The translations under genes were made by a program, and so were the position numbers. This document shows positions 35,679 to 44,631 of a stretch of 64,000 bases of DNA, in pieces. The notes beneath the pieces are model-generated. The model was not told where the DNA came from and ran no database searches. It worked only from the letters and a program-made list of their open reading frames with translations. Every line of letters starts with the position of its first letter. Within the stretch, counting starts at the first letter, position 1. The stretch is taken from positions 61,443 through 125,442 of the IMG/VR virus record IMGVR_UViG_3300045988_115054; one strand, 5' to 3'. Origin of the DNA: a virus.

Positions 35679-36191
35679 ATGAGTACAGAAAAAACAATTG
35701 ACATTTCAGTATTGCCAGAGGCAGAACAGGATCTAATAAAAGCATTATTTGATAAATGTTGTGAAAGAGCGAAACCAAAAGAAAAAACTAATTCAGGGTC
35801 TAAAGTTTGGAAACCAAAATACGGTGAAAGATATCATTACATTGATGGTAGCGGATCTATTTATAGCGCAATATGGTTTAATAGCATTGTCGATAACGGT
35901 AGATGGGTATTAGGCAACGTATTTAAAACACAAGAAGAAGCAGTATTTGCAAGAAAGAAAAGAAAAGTAGAAGTTGAACTTGAGCGGTATGCAAAGGAAC
36001 ACAACGGCACAGAATTTGCCAATCGTTGTTATTGTATTCGATGTGAAGAAGACGGAAAAAGACTTCTTTGCGATACATTGGCTACAACAAAAATACAGGG
36101 TACAGTTATGTTTACATCAAAAGATGTTTTAGTTGATGCAATTGAAGCAATCGGAAGAGACAGAATCATTAAATACATCTTTGGAGCATAA
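35679..36191 (+). CDS. hypothetical protein (paralogue of 36208..36741)
   Basis: It shares the blocks KTIDIS.L.E..Q.L.K.LF...CE and LGNVFKT..E..FA..K.KV.VEL.RYA.EHN with the next gene. Confidence 0.5.
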   Translation: MSTEKTIDISVLPEAEQDLIKALFDKCCERAKPKEKTNSGSKVWKPKYGERYHYIDGSGSIYSAIWFNSIVDNGRWVLGNVFKTQEEAVFARKKRKVEVELERYAKEHNGTEFANRCYCIRCEEDGKRLLCDTLATTKIQGTVMFTSKDVLVDAIEAIGRDRIIKYIFGA

Positions 36192-36207
36192 AGTGAGGTG
36201 AAAGAAA

Positions 36208-36741
36208 ATGGGTATAGCAAAGACAATTGATATTTCAAAATTATCTGAAGTACAGCAGAATTTATTTAAATCATTATTTGAGCAGTTCTGCGAGAAATCA
36301 GAACAGAAAGAAGAAACAAATCCATGTGGGTTAAAGAACGGAGATGAGTATTATTACATCACTAATGATGGACAGATCGGTATTGCAAAATGGCAAGGTA
36401 GAGCATCAGATTTGAGAAGATTAGCTTTAGGTAATGTATTTAAGACTGAAAAGGATACAGAGTTTGCTATTGAAAAACAGAAGGTTAATGTTGAGTTGCA
36501 GAGATATGCTGACGAACACAATAATTCGGAAAAACTAATTTGGGATGGTGAAAATGAGCATTGTTGTATTAGGTATGACATTGTAGATAGAGATTTAACA
36601 ACGGCATATTTATATGCATCACAAACAATCAATGGCATTTATTTTACTTCTCCAGAAATTGCAGAGGATGCTGCCAACAAAATCGGTACAAAACGTATCA
36701 TGAAATATCTATTTGATGTTGATTGTGAGGTGGATGAATAA
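36208..36741 (+). CDS. hypothetical protein (paralogue of 35679..36191)
   Basis: See the previous entry. A GAGGTGAAAGAAAATG RBS and start are present. Confidence 0.5.
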   Translation: MGIAKTIDISKLSEVQQNLFKSLFEQFCEKSEQKEETNPCGLKNGDEYYYITNDGQIGIAKWQGRASDLRRLALGNVFKTEKDTEFAIEKQKVNVELQRYADEHNNSEKLIWDGENEHCCIRYDIVDRDLTTAYLYASQTINGIYFTSPEIAEDAANKIGTKRIMKYLFDVDCEVDE

Positions 36742-37178
36742 TGGTGATATTGATACTTATAATCGCCATAATTGCTTTAATAATCTACAAAGGTTGCTTC
36801 TCTGGTGATTTTGATGTTGTGTTAATTCCGATTAACTTTGCTGTCATCGTAGTTTTATGTTTGCTACTGAGTAACTTGTATGAAAATCAAGGCGTCAATC
36901 AGAAAATTAAAATGTATGAAACACAAAATCGGAAACTTGAGAGAAAGATTGATGTGACTGTTAAGAGTTACATGAATCATGAAAAGGATACATACAAAGA
37001 ATTTAAAGCTGGTGATGGAATGGCATTGCTCACAACATATCCTGAATTAAGAAGTAATGAACTTGTTAAAGAACAGATGGATACATACCAAAGCAATTAT
37101 CGCAAGATTGCAAAATTAAAAGAAAAAGAAATTGATTGCAATGTTACTAAGTGGTGGATTTATTTTGGAGGAGAATGA
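36741..37178 (+). CDS. membrane protein
   Basis: Two N-terminal hydrophobic helices are present (ILILIIAIIALII and INFAVIVVLCLLL). Confidence 0.45.
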   Translation: MVILILIIAIIALIIYKGCFSGDFDVVLIPINFAVIVVLCLLLSNLYENQGVNQKIKMYETQNRKLERKIDVTVKSYMNHEKDTYKEFKAGDGMALLTTYPELRSNELVKEQMDTYQSNYRKIAKLKEKEIDCNVTKWWIYFGGE

Positions 37179-37180
37179 TT

Positions 37181-37381
37181 ATGAAAGTTTTATATCATGC
37201 AAAACCATATAAAGTGTATGGAGTTTGCACAGACAAATGTGATTCTAGCAGTTGTGGAGACACTTATACAGCCTTTTTGATTTATCTTGATGAAGCATTT
37301 AGATGGTCATGGGTTAATGTTCGTGATTGTACGCCATATAAGAAGAAAAAACATAAGAAGAAAGGGTGTAAACGATATTAG
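37181..37381 (+). CDS. small Cys-containing protein with a poly-Lys tail
   Basis: A GGAGGAGAATGATTATG RBS and start precede the ORF. The C-terminus reads KKKKHKKKGCKRY. Confidence 0.35.
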   Translation: MKVLYHAKPYKVYGVCTDKCDSSSCGDTYTAFLIYLDEAFRWSWVNVRDCTPYKKKKHKKKGCKRY

Positions 37382-37481
37382 ATACAGATACGCACTTAGA
37401 GATGTTTCGCTATTTGCACTTACTGACGATACAACCGATGAAGAAAAAATAATATTTACAATCCAAGGGAGCAAGGCTGAT

Positions 37482-37802
37482 ATGAATTACAATCTAACAT
37501 TTCCTGTCGTAGTTCTAAAAGATGAGAATGACTCAGTTCCATATATGGCATATATCCCATATTTTGACGTAATGACGCAGGGATATGATGAAGAGGAATT
37601 GCAAATGATGATCAAAGATTTGTTAAATCTCTGCTTAGAAGATAAGGAATCTTACACAATTCCTGCATGGGCATATAGTTATTTCAATGAAGACGATGTT
37701 AAGGAACGAGGCAGAAAATATTTCACAGAACTTGATGACGGAGACGATACATATTTTCAAAAGAATTTTTACACAGTATGGTGGTTCGATTTCAGGCGAT
37801 AG
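37482..37802 (+). CDS. HicB-like (UPF0150-type) domain protein, orphan
   Basis: MNYNLTFPVVVLKDENDSVPYMAYIPYFDVMTQGYDEEELQMMIKDLLNLCLED fits the HicB N-domain pattern y.y.v....e.g.y.a..P...gc.tqGdt.eEa...ik.al.l.le. A GGGAGCAAGG RBS is present. Confidence 0.45.
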   Translation: MNYNLTFPVVVLKDENDSVPYMAYIPYFDVMTQGYDEEELQMMIKDLLNLCLEDKESYTIPAWAYSYFNEDDVKERGRKYFTELDDGDDTYFQKNFYTVWWFDFRR

Positions 37803-37829
37803 TAGTAGATGGAAAAGGAGAAAGATAAA

Positions 37830-38012
37830 ATGGACGTTTTGTTTTACATAATTTGGGTATTAGCGTTTATGGTAATTGCAGCGATCGGCATTGGAGTACC
37901 ATATATGACCTATTACAATTACAAAAGAATTAAGGCAATGGATAAGAAACTTACAGGAATGTGTACAGGTCTTGGCATTATGTTAAGACCAGAAGAAGGT
38001 GATGAAGAATGA
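37830..38012 (+). CDS. small membrane protein
   Basis: An AAAGGAGAAAG RBS precedes MDVLFYIIWVLAFMVIAAIGIGV. Confidence 0.4.
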   Translation: MDVLFYIIWVLAFMVIAAIGIGVPYMTYYNYKRIKAMDKKLTGMCTGLGIMLRPEEGDEE

Positions 38013-38317
38013 AAGATATGAGAAATAATCCCATTGAAAATGGAAATCTGTGTTTTAGATCAAGAATGGTAAATGGAGAAACATTGATGGGATATGCATT
38101 AGTTATCTCAAACAAGCTGTTTTGGAAAGACGGATGGAATAACTATATTTCTAGTCACGACAAACTTAATTCTAAGCAATTAATTGTCATCGAACACCTA
38201 AATGATAATGAAAAGAAAATGAGAAAAGAGTGGTTAAAGTTCATGGCAGCAACAAAATCAAAAAAGGTTAAAGATGCAGACCGAGTAATTGTGAAAGACT
38301 TATTGAGTGAAATATGA
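38009..38317 (+). CDS. hypothetical protein
   Basis: This is a 102-aa ORF whose start overlaps the upstream stop. Confidence 0.45.
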   Translation: MKDMRNNPIENGNLCFRSRMVNGETLMGYALVISNKLFWKDGWNNYISSHDKLNSKQLIVIEHLNDNEKKMRKEWLKFMAATKSKKVKDADRVIVKDLLSEI

Positions 38318-38332
38318 GGTGTAAGGTATTAA

Positions 38333-38509
38333 ATGAGAAGATTAATTTGGTATATCAGGTCTTGTTTCTGTAAACATGATTGGGAACAGATATTTAATTC
38401 AGATATATATTGGAGCGAGAAATCAACTAAGCCTTATAAGTGTGAAAAGGTTTATCGGTGTAAGAAATGTGGCTGTGAGAAAAGATATACGACTAAGTGT
38501 GAAATCTGA
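38333..38509 (+). CDS. small Cys-rich (zinc-ribbon-like) protein, 58 aa
   Basis: A GAGGTG RBS precedes the ORF. CFCKHD...CEKVYRCKKCGCEKRY is present. It is below the ORF-track cutoff. Confidence 0.35.
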   Translation: MRRLIWYIRSCFCKHDWEQIFNSDIYWSEKSTKPYKCEKVYRCKKCGCEKRYTTKCEI

Positions 38510-38537
38510 GTTTTATGTAAAGAGAGGATGATGAGAA

Positions 38538-39122
38538 ATGAGTTGGTGGACATATGTAAAGGGATTTGTTGAAGTTAGACCATTTGGAAGAACACAAGCA
38601 GAGGAAAGATACATACTTGAAACTGCATTGAATCATTTGCCTAGAGTAACAGGGTCTGAAAGCGATATGAATATACATATAGTTCAAAAAGCAGGATATG
38701 ATATGAGCGATTCATGTAATGAATTTGAACAACGAACTCATTTGGGAAATGGTAGAAGAGGAAATTTTGAAACACAGGGAACATATTATTTGTTAGTCGA
38801 AGGCAGTTTGCGAGACAGAGAATTTCAAGAAACATATAGAGAATTACAAAAATGGCTATGTCGGCTTGCTAAAAGAGTTAGTGTCCAAGATGTAATGATT
38901 GAGGTCAAAGCATGGAACAGAAATAAACTTATTAGAAATGATAAAGGAATTTATACTCAAATGCTCGAAGATGTTAGTTGGATAAACAAGAATAGCATTA
39001 ATTGGTGTGAATATCTAATGTGGAAACCTTATGGAACACATAGAATGGTTGGTTATCCTGAGAAGCTTGTAGAAAAATATTATCCAGAGATATACAAGAA
39101 AGAAAAGGAGTATGAGGCATGA
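38538..39122 (+). CDS. hypothetical protein
   Basis: This is a 194-aa ORF with an AGAGAGGATGATGAGAAATG RBS and start. Confidence 0.5.
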   Translation: MSWWTYVKGFVEVRPFGRTQAEERYILETALNHLPRVTGSESDMNIHIVQKAGYDMSDSCNEFEQRTHLGNGRRGNFETQGTYYLLVEGSLRDREFQETYRELQKWLCRLAKRVSVQDVMIEVKAWNRNKLIRNDKGIYTQMLEDVSWINKNSINWCEYLMWKPYGTHRMVGYPEKLVEKYYPEIYKKEKEYEA

Positions 39123-39457
39123 TAAATATAGTTGCGATTATATTGGGAACGATTGTTGGTAACATTATTGGTAACGAAATATTTGATAGTTTGTATCGAA
39201 AAGATAAACGTGTTAGTGATTTTCACAAGGATAATGATGTATCACTGCATACTCGGACAGAAAATGATATGAAGCAATTAGATATGATGTTTGATGATCA
39301 GGTTATTAGGATATTAAGAGATATTCAAAACCATTGGTTACCTGAAAGACCAATAATATACGGAGATGATCGTATGTATACAGAGTCACAATACCAGGCA
39401 GAAAAGATGCATCAGGCTATTGACGATGCCGTTACTGTGTTATTAGAAAAAATGTAA
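39119..39457 (+). CDS. hypothetical protein
   Basis: This is a 112-aa ORF whose start overlaps the upstream stop. Confidence 0.45.
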   Translation: MINIVAIILGTIVGNIIGNEIFDSLYRKDKRVSDFHKDNDVSLHTRTENDMKQLDMMFDDQVIRILRDIQNHWLPERPIIYGDDRMYTESQYQAEKMHQAIDDAVTVLLEKM

Positions 39458-39472
39458 AGTGAGGTAATTAAT

Positions 39473-39793
39473 ATGGGAGCCAATATTGAGTTTGCCATTG
39501 GCTATGCGATTGGGTTTTGCGTTGTTGGAGCGATAGTATTCCTGAGATATGAAAGGAAGATGGATCGGATGAGGCAGACAAATGTAAATCTGATCTTAGA
39601 CAAGATGTCGTTTATGTCAGATGCAAGCGACAAAGAAAATGGTACATACAATAAGGAAGAAACTCGTTCAGATGTTAAGGATGCAGTGAAGTATGCAATG
39701 AAGAAAAGTCATCCAGACAATGGTGGTAGTGCGGATGATTTTCGAAAATTCAGAGAGTTATATGAAGAAATGGAAGGTAAGACTCATGAGTAA
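39473..39793 (+). CDS. membrane-anchored J-domain (DnaJ-like) protein
   Basis: An N-terminal TM helix (FAIGYAIGFCVVGAIVFL) is present. The C-terminal KYAMKKSHPDNGGSADDFRKFRELYEEM carries the J-domain HPD signature. Confidence 0.55.
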   Translation: MGANIEFAIGYAIGFCVVGAIVFLRYERKMDRMRQTNVNLILDKMSFMSDASDKENGTYNKEETRSDVKDAVKYAMKKSHPDNGGSADDFRKFRELYEEMEGKTHE

Positions 39794-39971
39794 ACAAGAA
39801 TCATTGAAGTTTTTGCAAGGTTTGATTGACGAAGTAGAAAATTGGACAAAAGAAGATATTGAGCGAGGTCGGAAATTGATGGAGAAAATGAAAAAAGAAG
39901 AACCAAAAGAAGTTGAAAATAGTGATGGATATTGGGAATTTATAATGCCAGATGGTAAGGAAGTGAAGTAG
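39786..39971 (+). CDS. hypothetical small protein
   Basis: A GGAAGG RBS precedes the MSKQESLKF start. The ORF overlaps the previous stop by 8 nt. Confidence 0.35.
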   Translation: MSKQESLKFLQGLIDEVENWTKEDIERGRKLMEKMKKEEPKEVENSDGYWEFIMPDGKEVK

Positions 39972-40176
39972 ATATGACTAAGAAACAAAATAAAAATTTT
40001 AAAATATTTGGTGTGTTTTGGAATATAAAAATATTCTGCTCAAATAGTTTTTGAGTACGCCAAAAGTGATGTTTGTTATAGCACTCACTAAAATCTATGT
40101 TATTTTGTCGGATTTATGTTATTTGGGGGTTTGGCAACTATAAAAAATAACAGAACTAAAGGAATTTAAACAAAAA

Positions 40177-40344
40177 ATGAAAACAAGACAAGAACGTAAA
40201 CAGGAAATAAAACGATTCTTTGATCGGTTGAATCCAGAAGAATTGGACAAGCTGTTAGAAAGAAATGGAATCAATGACAAAGAGTCCAAAGAGGCTCTTG
40301 CATATAGAAATATTAAAGAAGAAATTGAGAAAGGAGAGATATAA
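40177..40344 (+). CDS. hypothetical small protein (55 aa)
   Basis: The ORF is in frame to a TAA that overlaps the next ATG (TAATG). The RBS is weak. Confidence 0.3.
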   Translation: MKTRQERKQEIKRFFDRLNPEELDKLLERNGINDKESKEALAYRNIKEEIEKGEI

Positions 40345-40649
40345 TGAACCACTTCTTATATATTGAATCACGGGAAGAAGAGAATACATCCATCGATTCT
40401 AAACGTGTTTTATTGAATGAAGAAAATTACAAACATATTATTTCATCATTAGATCATTATCCACCGACGGCAGACGAAGTTAAGAAAGCAATTTGTATTT
40501 TGACGGGACGATTGATCTACAGAAGCGTTTGGAATATGGAATCTGATATTGATAGTTTAAATATGAGTTTATCCCCGCCAAAAGAAATGACGGTTGCAGA
40601 AATCGAAAAAGAACTTGGTTACAAAGTAAAGATTGTAAAGGAGAAATAA
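40344..40649 (+). CDS. hypothetical protein
   Basis: This is a 101-aa ORF with a GAAAGGAGAGA RBS. Confidence 0.45.
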   Translation: MNHFLYIESREEENTSIDSKRVLLNEENYKHIISSLDHYPPTADEVKKAICILTGRLIYRSVWNMESDIDSLNMSLSPPKEMTVAEIEKELGYKVKIVKEK

Positions 40650-40952
40650 ATGGCAAAAAAGAAAAAGAATGGAATACCTTTTGAAATGGCAATGCAAGAT
40701 ATGAAAATAAATCCAAATAAAATATATCGACGTAGCGTTTGGAAGAAAACAAAAACGAGTTATGATTATGTGTTTATGATGTGTGAGGAAGAACAACAGG
40801 AGATTATTCCATTCGACCAAAGATATAAAATGAAACGGCTTTTATGTAGAGATCAAAATGGAGTTATAACACTAGGATGGTTACCTACCCAAGAAGATAT
40901 TCTTGCAAATGATTGGATTGAACACGGGTGGGATTTTGAAAGTAAGAGGTGA
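40650..40952 (+). CDS. DUF2829-like (Tad2-like) small protein, copy 1
   Basis: The C-terminal GWLPTQEDILANDWIE and N-terminal MAMQDMKINPNKIYRRSVW match the DUF2829 pattern F.eA..a...Gk...R..W ... W.ps..DllaeDW.i. Confidence 0.55.
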   Translation: MAKKKKNGIPFEMAMQDMKINPNKIYRRSVWKKTKTSYDYVFMMCEEEQQEIIPFDQRYKMKRLLCRDQNGVITLGWLPTQEDILANDWIEHGWDFESKR

Positions 40953-40959
40953 TGATTAA

Positions 40960-41247
40960 ATGAACTTTGTAGAAGCAATGGCTGCAATAAAAACACATAA
41001 AACAACTATAAAAAGACGCACATGGGGTGAACAATCATATCTAAAAATTTATTCGTCCGAACTAGCTAATGATTATTTTGAGTGTAATGGTATGGGAGAA
41101 TATAAAACAGATTCAATTATTTTCTTATTTGATGGAGAAAATGCAGAAGTTTGGGTTCCTATTGCAGAAGATATATGTGCAGATGATTGGGAAATATATG
41201 TTGAACCAATTAATGAAAGTAAGCAGACAAAGGAGAAAGAAGAATGA
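40960..41247 (+). CDS. DUF2829 family protein (Tad2-like anti-Thoeris candidate), copy 2
   Basis: MNFVEAMAAIKTHKTTIKRRTWGEQSY...VWVPIAEDICADDWEIYVEP is a close match to the DUF2829 N- and C-terminal signature blocks. A GGTGATGA RBS is present. Confidence 0.65.
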   Translation: MNFVEAMAAIKTHKTTIKRRTWGEQSYLKIYSSELANDYFECNGMGEYKTDSIIFLFDGENAEVWVPIAEDICADDWEIYVEPINESKQTKEKEE

Positions 41248-42191
41248 AATGTTTTTATCACGTTGATCAAGACGGAATTGTATCTGGTTTTTACGTTAGA
41301 AAAGCCTGTGAACAGCGAGGTTTAGCATTTGAACCAGAGGACTTCCGAAAAATTAATTACGGCATGAAATTCCCGTTTCATGACATTAAACAGGATGAAT
41401 TCGTATTTATCGTAGACTACAGCATTGAGCCAGAAGAGCTGTGGCAGTTGTTAAGTATTACAAAGAATGTGTTTTGGATCGATCATCACCAATCTACGAT
41501 TGAAGCGTATAAAGATTTTAAGTGCGATGTAAAAGGAATTCGGATCACTGGAGCAGGTATCTCAGGAGCGAATTTGACATGGTTGTACTTTAAATATATA
41601 TGTGACGAAGATTGGGAACAAATTGAGAGGACGGATGAGAAATATGTGACCTCTTTATTGCGAGAATTCTCTAAAAATACTCCTCAGTTGGCAAAATATA
41701 CAGCTCTGTGGGATACATTCTCGTGGAGTAAAAAATCAGAAGAATATGTTAAGGCGTTCCATTATGCATTTGAGTCATATGATTTTGATGTCATGAACTA
41801 TTTATTGGATAAGTTAAATGGAGATATGGGATTATGTGAAGCTGAGAGATTAACTGATTATATGATTGAAGATGGTTTAGGAATTAAGGATTATCTGTCT
41901 TCTACTGCAAAACAGTACCTTAGAGCATATGGTTTTGAAACCACCTTTGAAGGACATAAAGTCTATGCAATCAATCGAGCATTAATCAATTCTGATTTCT
42001 TCGAATCTATTGACGCTTCAAAATATGATATGTTCATTGGTTTTTCGTTCAATGGTAGTATGTGGGAATATCAGTTACGATCCGCAGAACAGGATAAAGT
42101 AAATGTGTATGAGCTTGCTGTGAAATATGGTGGTGGCGGTCATCCAAATGCAGCTGGGTTCAGATGTGATAAATATGTATTAGGAGTGTGA
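41244..42191 (+). CDS. DHH/DHHA1 phosphoesterase, NrnA-like (nanoRNase / pAp / cyclic-oligonucleotide phosphodiesterase family)
   Basis: The DHH motifs YHVDQDGIVSG (HxDxDG), IVDYS and WIDHHQST (DHH) are present. The DHHA1 motif YGGGGHPNAAGF (GGGH) is also present. At 315 aa the size matches NrnA. Confidence 0.7.
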   Translation: MKCFYHVDQDGIVSGFYVRKACEQRGLAFEPEDFRKINYGMKFPFHDIKQDEFVFIVDYSIEPEELWQLLSITKNVFWIDHHQSTIEAYKDFKCDVKGIRITGAGISGANLTWLYFKYICDEDWEQIERTDEKYVTSLLREFSKNTPQLAKYTALWDTFSWSKKSEEYVKAFHYAFESYDFDVMNYLLDKLNGDMGLCEAERLTDYMIEDGLGIKDYLSSTAKQYLRAYGFETTFEGHKVYAINRALINSDFFESIDASKYDMFIGFSFNGSMWEYQLRSAEQDKVNVYELAVKYGGGGHPNAAGFRCDKYVLGV

Positions 42192-42194
42192 TGT

Positions 42195-42995
42195 ATGTCA
42201 AGGAAAAATACAAGAGAATTTGAACTTGCTTTTAGTAAAAACAGAGATCCAGATTGGGAAGCCGATGTGGAAATTTATAGAAGAAGAAAGTTCGAAGTAG
42301 TGCGTGGTATTTGTCTGGGAGATGAGTTTGCTGAAATTGAGTCTTTAGAATACAAAAATTGTGACGAGTTAGATGAAATGTATTATCGTTTTAATTATAA
42401 TTTAAAAATGCTTATGAAGTCTTATTTGCATGAATATACAGATTATGTGCCAATCGAAACAATGCATATTACATCTCCTGCAATATTGTGTTGTGATGAA
42501 ATTGTATTAAAAAACGGTGAGAAAATTTCTATTGATAACATATGTATTGATAAATCAAATGGCAATGAAGTTTATAAATTATATTCTAATAGTACATATA
42601 CAGATGATGTATATTATGAATTTACTAAAGCATTAGTTTATGAATTGGCTAGTAAAGATGTTTGCAAGGCTATACATATAATGAAAGATATAATGGACAA
42701 AGCGTATATAAAAGCAAGAAATGAACGAAGCATACATCCTTTTATTAGCCACTTGTTTAACGACCCTCCAATTCCATGTATTAAAAATAAATATTCTATA
42801 CATGATTTAATGGGTACATTAAAATGCAGTGGTGATATTTATGAAGAAATAAAAAAAGAAGTCCCAAATGCTATAGATATGATTGTGCCTCATCCTGGAA
42901 GACATGCAGAGTATTATTTTGGGTTAGATTATACAGATGAAGTAGAGCAATTTATTAAAGAACAGGAGGCTAAGAAATGTGAAGAAACTAAATGA
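42195..42995 (+). CDS. hypothetical protein
   Basis: This is a 266-aa ORF with an AGGAGTGTGATGTATG RBS and start. Confidence 0.5.
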   Translation: MSRKNTREFELAFSKNRDPDWEADVEIYRRRKFEVVRGICLGDEFAEIESLEYKNCDELDEMYYRFNYNLKMLMKSYLHEYTDYVPIETMHITSPAILCCDEIVLKNGEKISIDNICIDKSNGNEVYKLYSNSTYTDDVYYEFTKALVYELASKDVCKAIHIMKDIMDKAYIKARNERSIHPFISHLFNDPPIPCIKNKYSIHDLMGTLKCSGDIYEEIKKEVPNAIDMIVPHPGRHAEYYFGLDYTDEVEQFIKEQEAKKCEETK

Positions 42996-43512
42996 TGAAC
43001 AGCGAAAGCTGATTGAAGATAATTATTCTTTGATTTGGCATTTACATGAAAAATATTTTACAAAGTTTACAGATTTTGATACATATATGGATCTTGGTCG
43101 TATGGCAATTTGTAAAGCAGCATTAAAATGGGACGAGTCTAAAGGAACTTTTGGTACATATCTCTTCTGGGTATTACGTTCAGAAGTGAATCAATATTAT
43201 ACAAAATGGCACAGACCAACAGAAAAAATGAATAGGAATGCTGAATCGTTAGATACGCCATTGGCAGGATACGAACCAGAAGATGATATTACAATCGGAA
43301 CAACACTGATGAGTAAAGATAATGTAGAGGATGAGGTGCTTACAAAGGTACATTTTCAAAATGAGTTTGATAAATTGGCACCGAGAAATAAAAAGATTAT
43401 CACGTTGAAGCAAAAAGGTTTAACACAAAGACAAATTGCAAGTCAGCTTGGAATCACTCATCAGTGGGTTAGTCAAAATATTGTACAGTTTAAGAAAGCA
43501 TTATGTGGATAA
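42979..43512 (+). CDS. phage sigma-70 family sigma factor
   Basis: Region 2-like LIWHLHEKY...LGRMAICKAALKWDESKGTFGTYLFWVLRSEV is present. The region 4 HTH reads LKQKGLTQRQIASQLGITHQWVSQNI. Confidence 0.65.
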   Translation: MKKLNDEQRKLIEDNYSLIWHLHEKYFTKFTDFDTYMDLGRMAICKAALKWDESKGTFGTYLFWVLRSEVNQYYTKWHRPTEKMNRNAESLDTPLAGYEPEDDITIGTTLMSKDNVEDEVLTKVHFQNEFDKLAPRNKKIITLKQKGLTQRQIASQLGITHQWVSQNIVQFKKALCG

Positions 43513-43525
43513 AAGAGGTGAGATC

Positions 43526-44359
43526 ATGACAATTGAAGAAGTAAAGGATTACATAAACTCGTCTACAGAGTATGACTTTTTGCGAGATTATCCGCACAAA
43601 ATCGCTTTTCTCACGTTAGGTGGAAGTTATGCCTACGGAACAAACACAGAGGATTCTGACATTGATTTACGTGGTGTTTTCCTTAGTGATAAAAGAGAGA
43701 TTTTGTTGAACAATAATCAAAACAATCTTGAGAAGACCGATGATCGTAAAGACGTTGATACTGTGCTACATTCGCATATTAAGATGATCAACATGCTTGC
43801 TAAGGGTAATCCTACGTTTTTAGAGTTGCTATACTTTGCACCAGATCGCTATTTGTATGTATCCGATATTGGTATGGAGTTGATCAAAAATAGAGATATG
43901 TTCTTATCTAAGAGAGTTTATCATGCATATAAAGGATATATATGTGATTGCCTGACTCGAACGAGTTTTAAGTATTATAAAAATAAAGATTCAGAGAAAG
44001 AAAAGCAAAAGGCGGAACGATACGCTAATAAATCAATGATGCACGCAGTTCGATTATTGTTACAGGGCATTGAATTATTGCATAACGGAACAATGTTAGG
44101 ATCTATGGATGACATAGGAAAAGATCTTGTAAAGATCAAAGAAGGATATAATAGTACGCATAAAACATATAGATTTGGCAAACACAATGAGCACACAGAA
44201 TATTTCCCAAATCAGTCATACGATGTTTTTATTGAAGGATTACTTTATCAATTTGATTATGATTATATGAATACTGATTTGCCAGACGAACCAGACTGGG
44301 ATCGTATCAATAACTTCTTGATGACAACAAATGAACGAATTGTGAGAGGAATGGTGTAA
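43526..44359 (+). CDS. Pol-beta-superfamily nucleotidyltransferase (PF10127/RlaP-like)
   Basis: IAFLTLGGSYAYGTNTEDSDIDLRGVFL is the hG[GS]-x-YG-x5-SDxDxxGV signature. An AGAGGTGAGATCATG RBS and start are present. Confidence 0.6.
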   Translation: MTIEEVKDYINSSTEYDFLRDYPHKIAFLTLGGSYAYGTNTEDSDIDLRGVFLSDKREILLNNNQNNLEKTDDRKDVDTVLHSHIKMINMLAKGNPTFLELLYFAPDRYLYVSDIGMELIKNRDMFLSKRVYHAYKGYICDCLTRTSFKYYKNKDSEKEKQKAERYANKSMMHAVRLLLQGIELLHNGTMLGSMDDIGKDLVKIKEGYNSTHKTYRFGKHNEHTEYFPNQSYDVFIEGLLYQFDYDYMNTDLPDEPDWDRINNFLMTTNERIVRGMV

Positions 44360-44361
44360 AA

Positions 44362-44631
44362 ATGTATGTAAAGATTGGAGACGAAATTGCTTTTCATCTT
44401 GGCGAATGCTTAGAAGAATTTGTTGAATCTTGCAGGATAACTCCTTATCAGCTTGCAAGTAAAATTGGCATGGATGTTGATTATGTTCAAGGGTTGATTG
44501 ACGGATCACAAAGTGTTACAAAAGAATTTGCGACAACAATGGCAAACCATTATGGGTTTGCTGATGATGGGCAGTTCTGGTTAAATTTGCAAGAAACATT
44601 TGATAAGAAAGTAGGTGATAGGGATGTTTAA
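44362..44631 (+). CDS. HigA/XRE-like HTH protein (addiction-module antidote-like), translationally coupled to the nucleotidyltransferase
   Basis: RITPYQLASKIGMDVDYVQGLIDGSQSVTKEFATTMANHYGFADDGQFWLNLQETFD matches the HigA/VapI pattern, including the terminal fWlNLQ..yd. The ATG lies 2 nt after the upstream stop. Confidence 0.55.
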   Translation: MYVKIGDEIAFHLGECLEEFVESCRITPYQLASKIGMDVDYVQGLIDGSQSVTKEFATTMANHYGFADDGQFWLNLQETFDKKVGDRDV

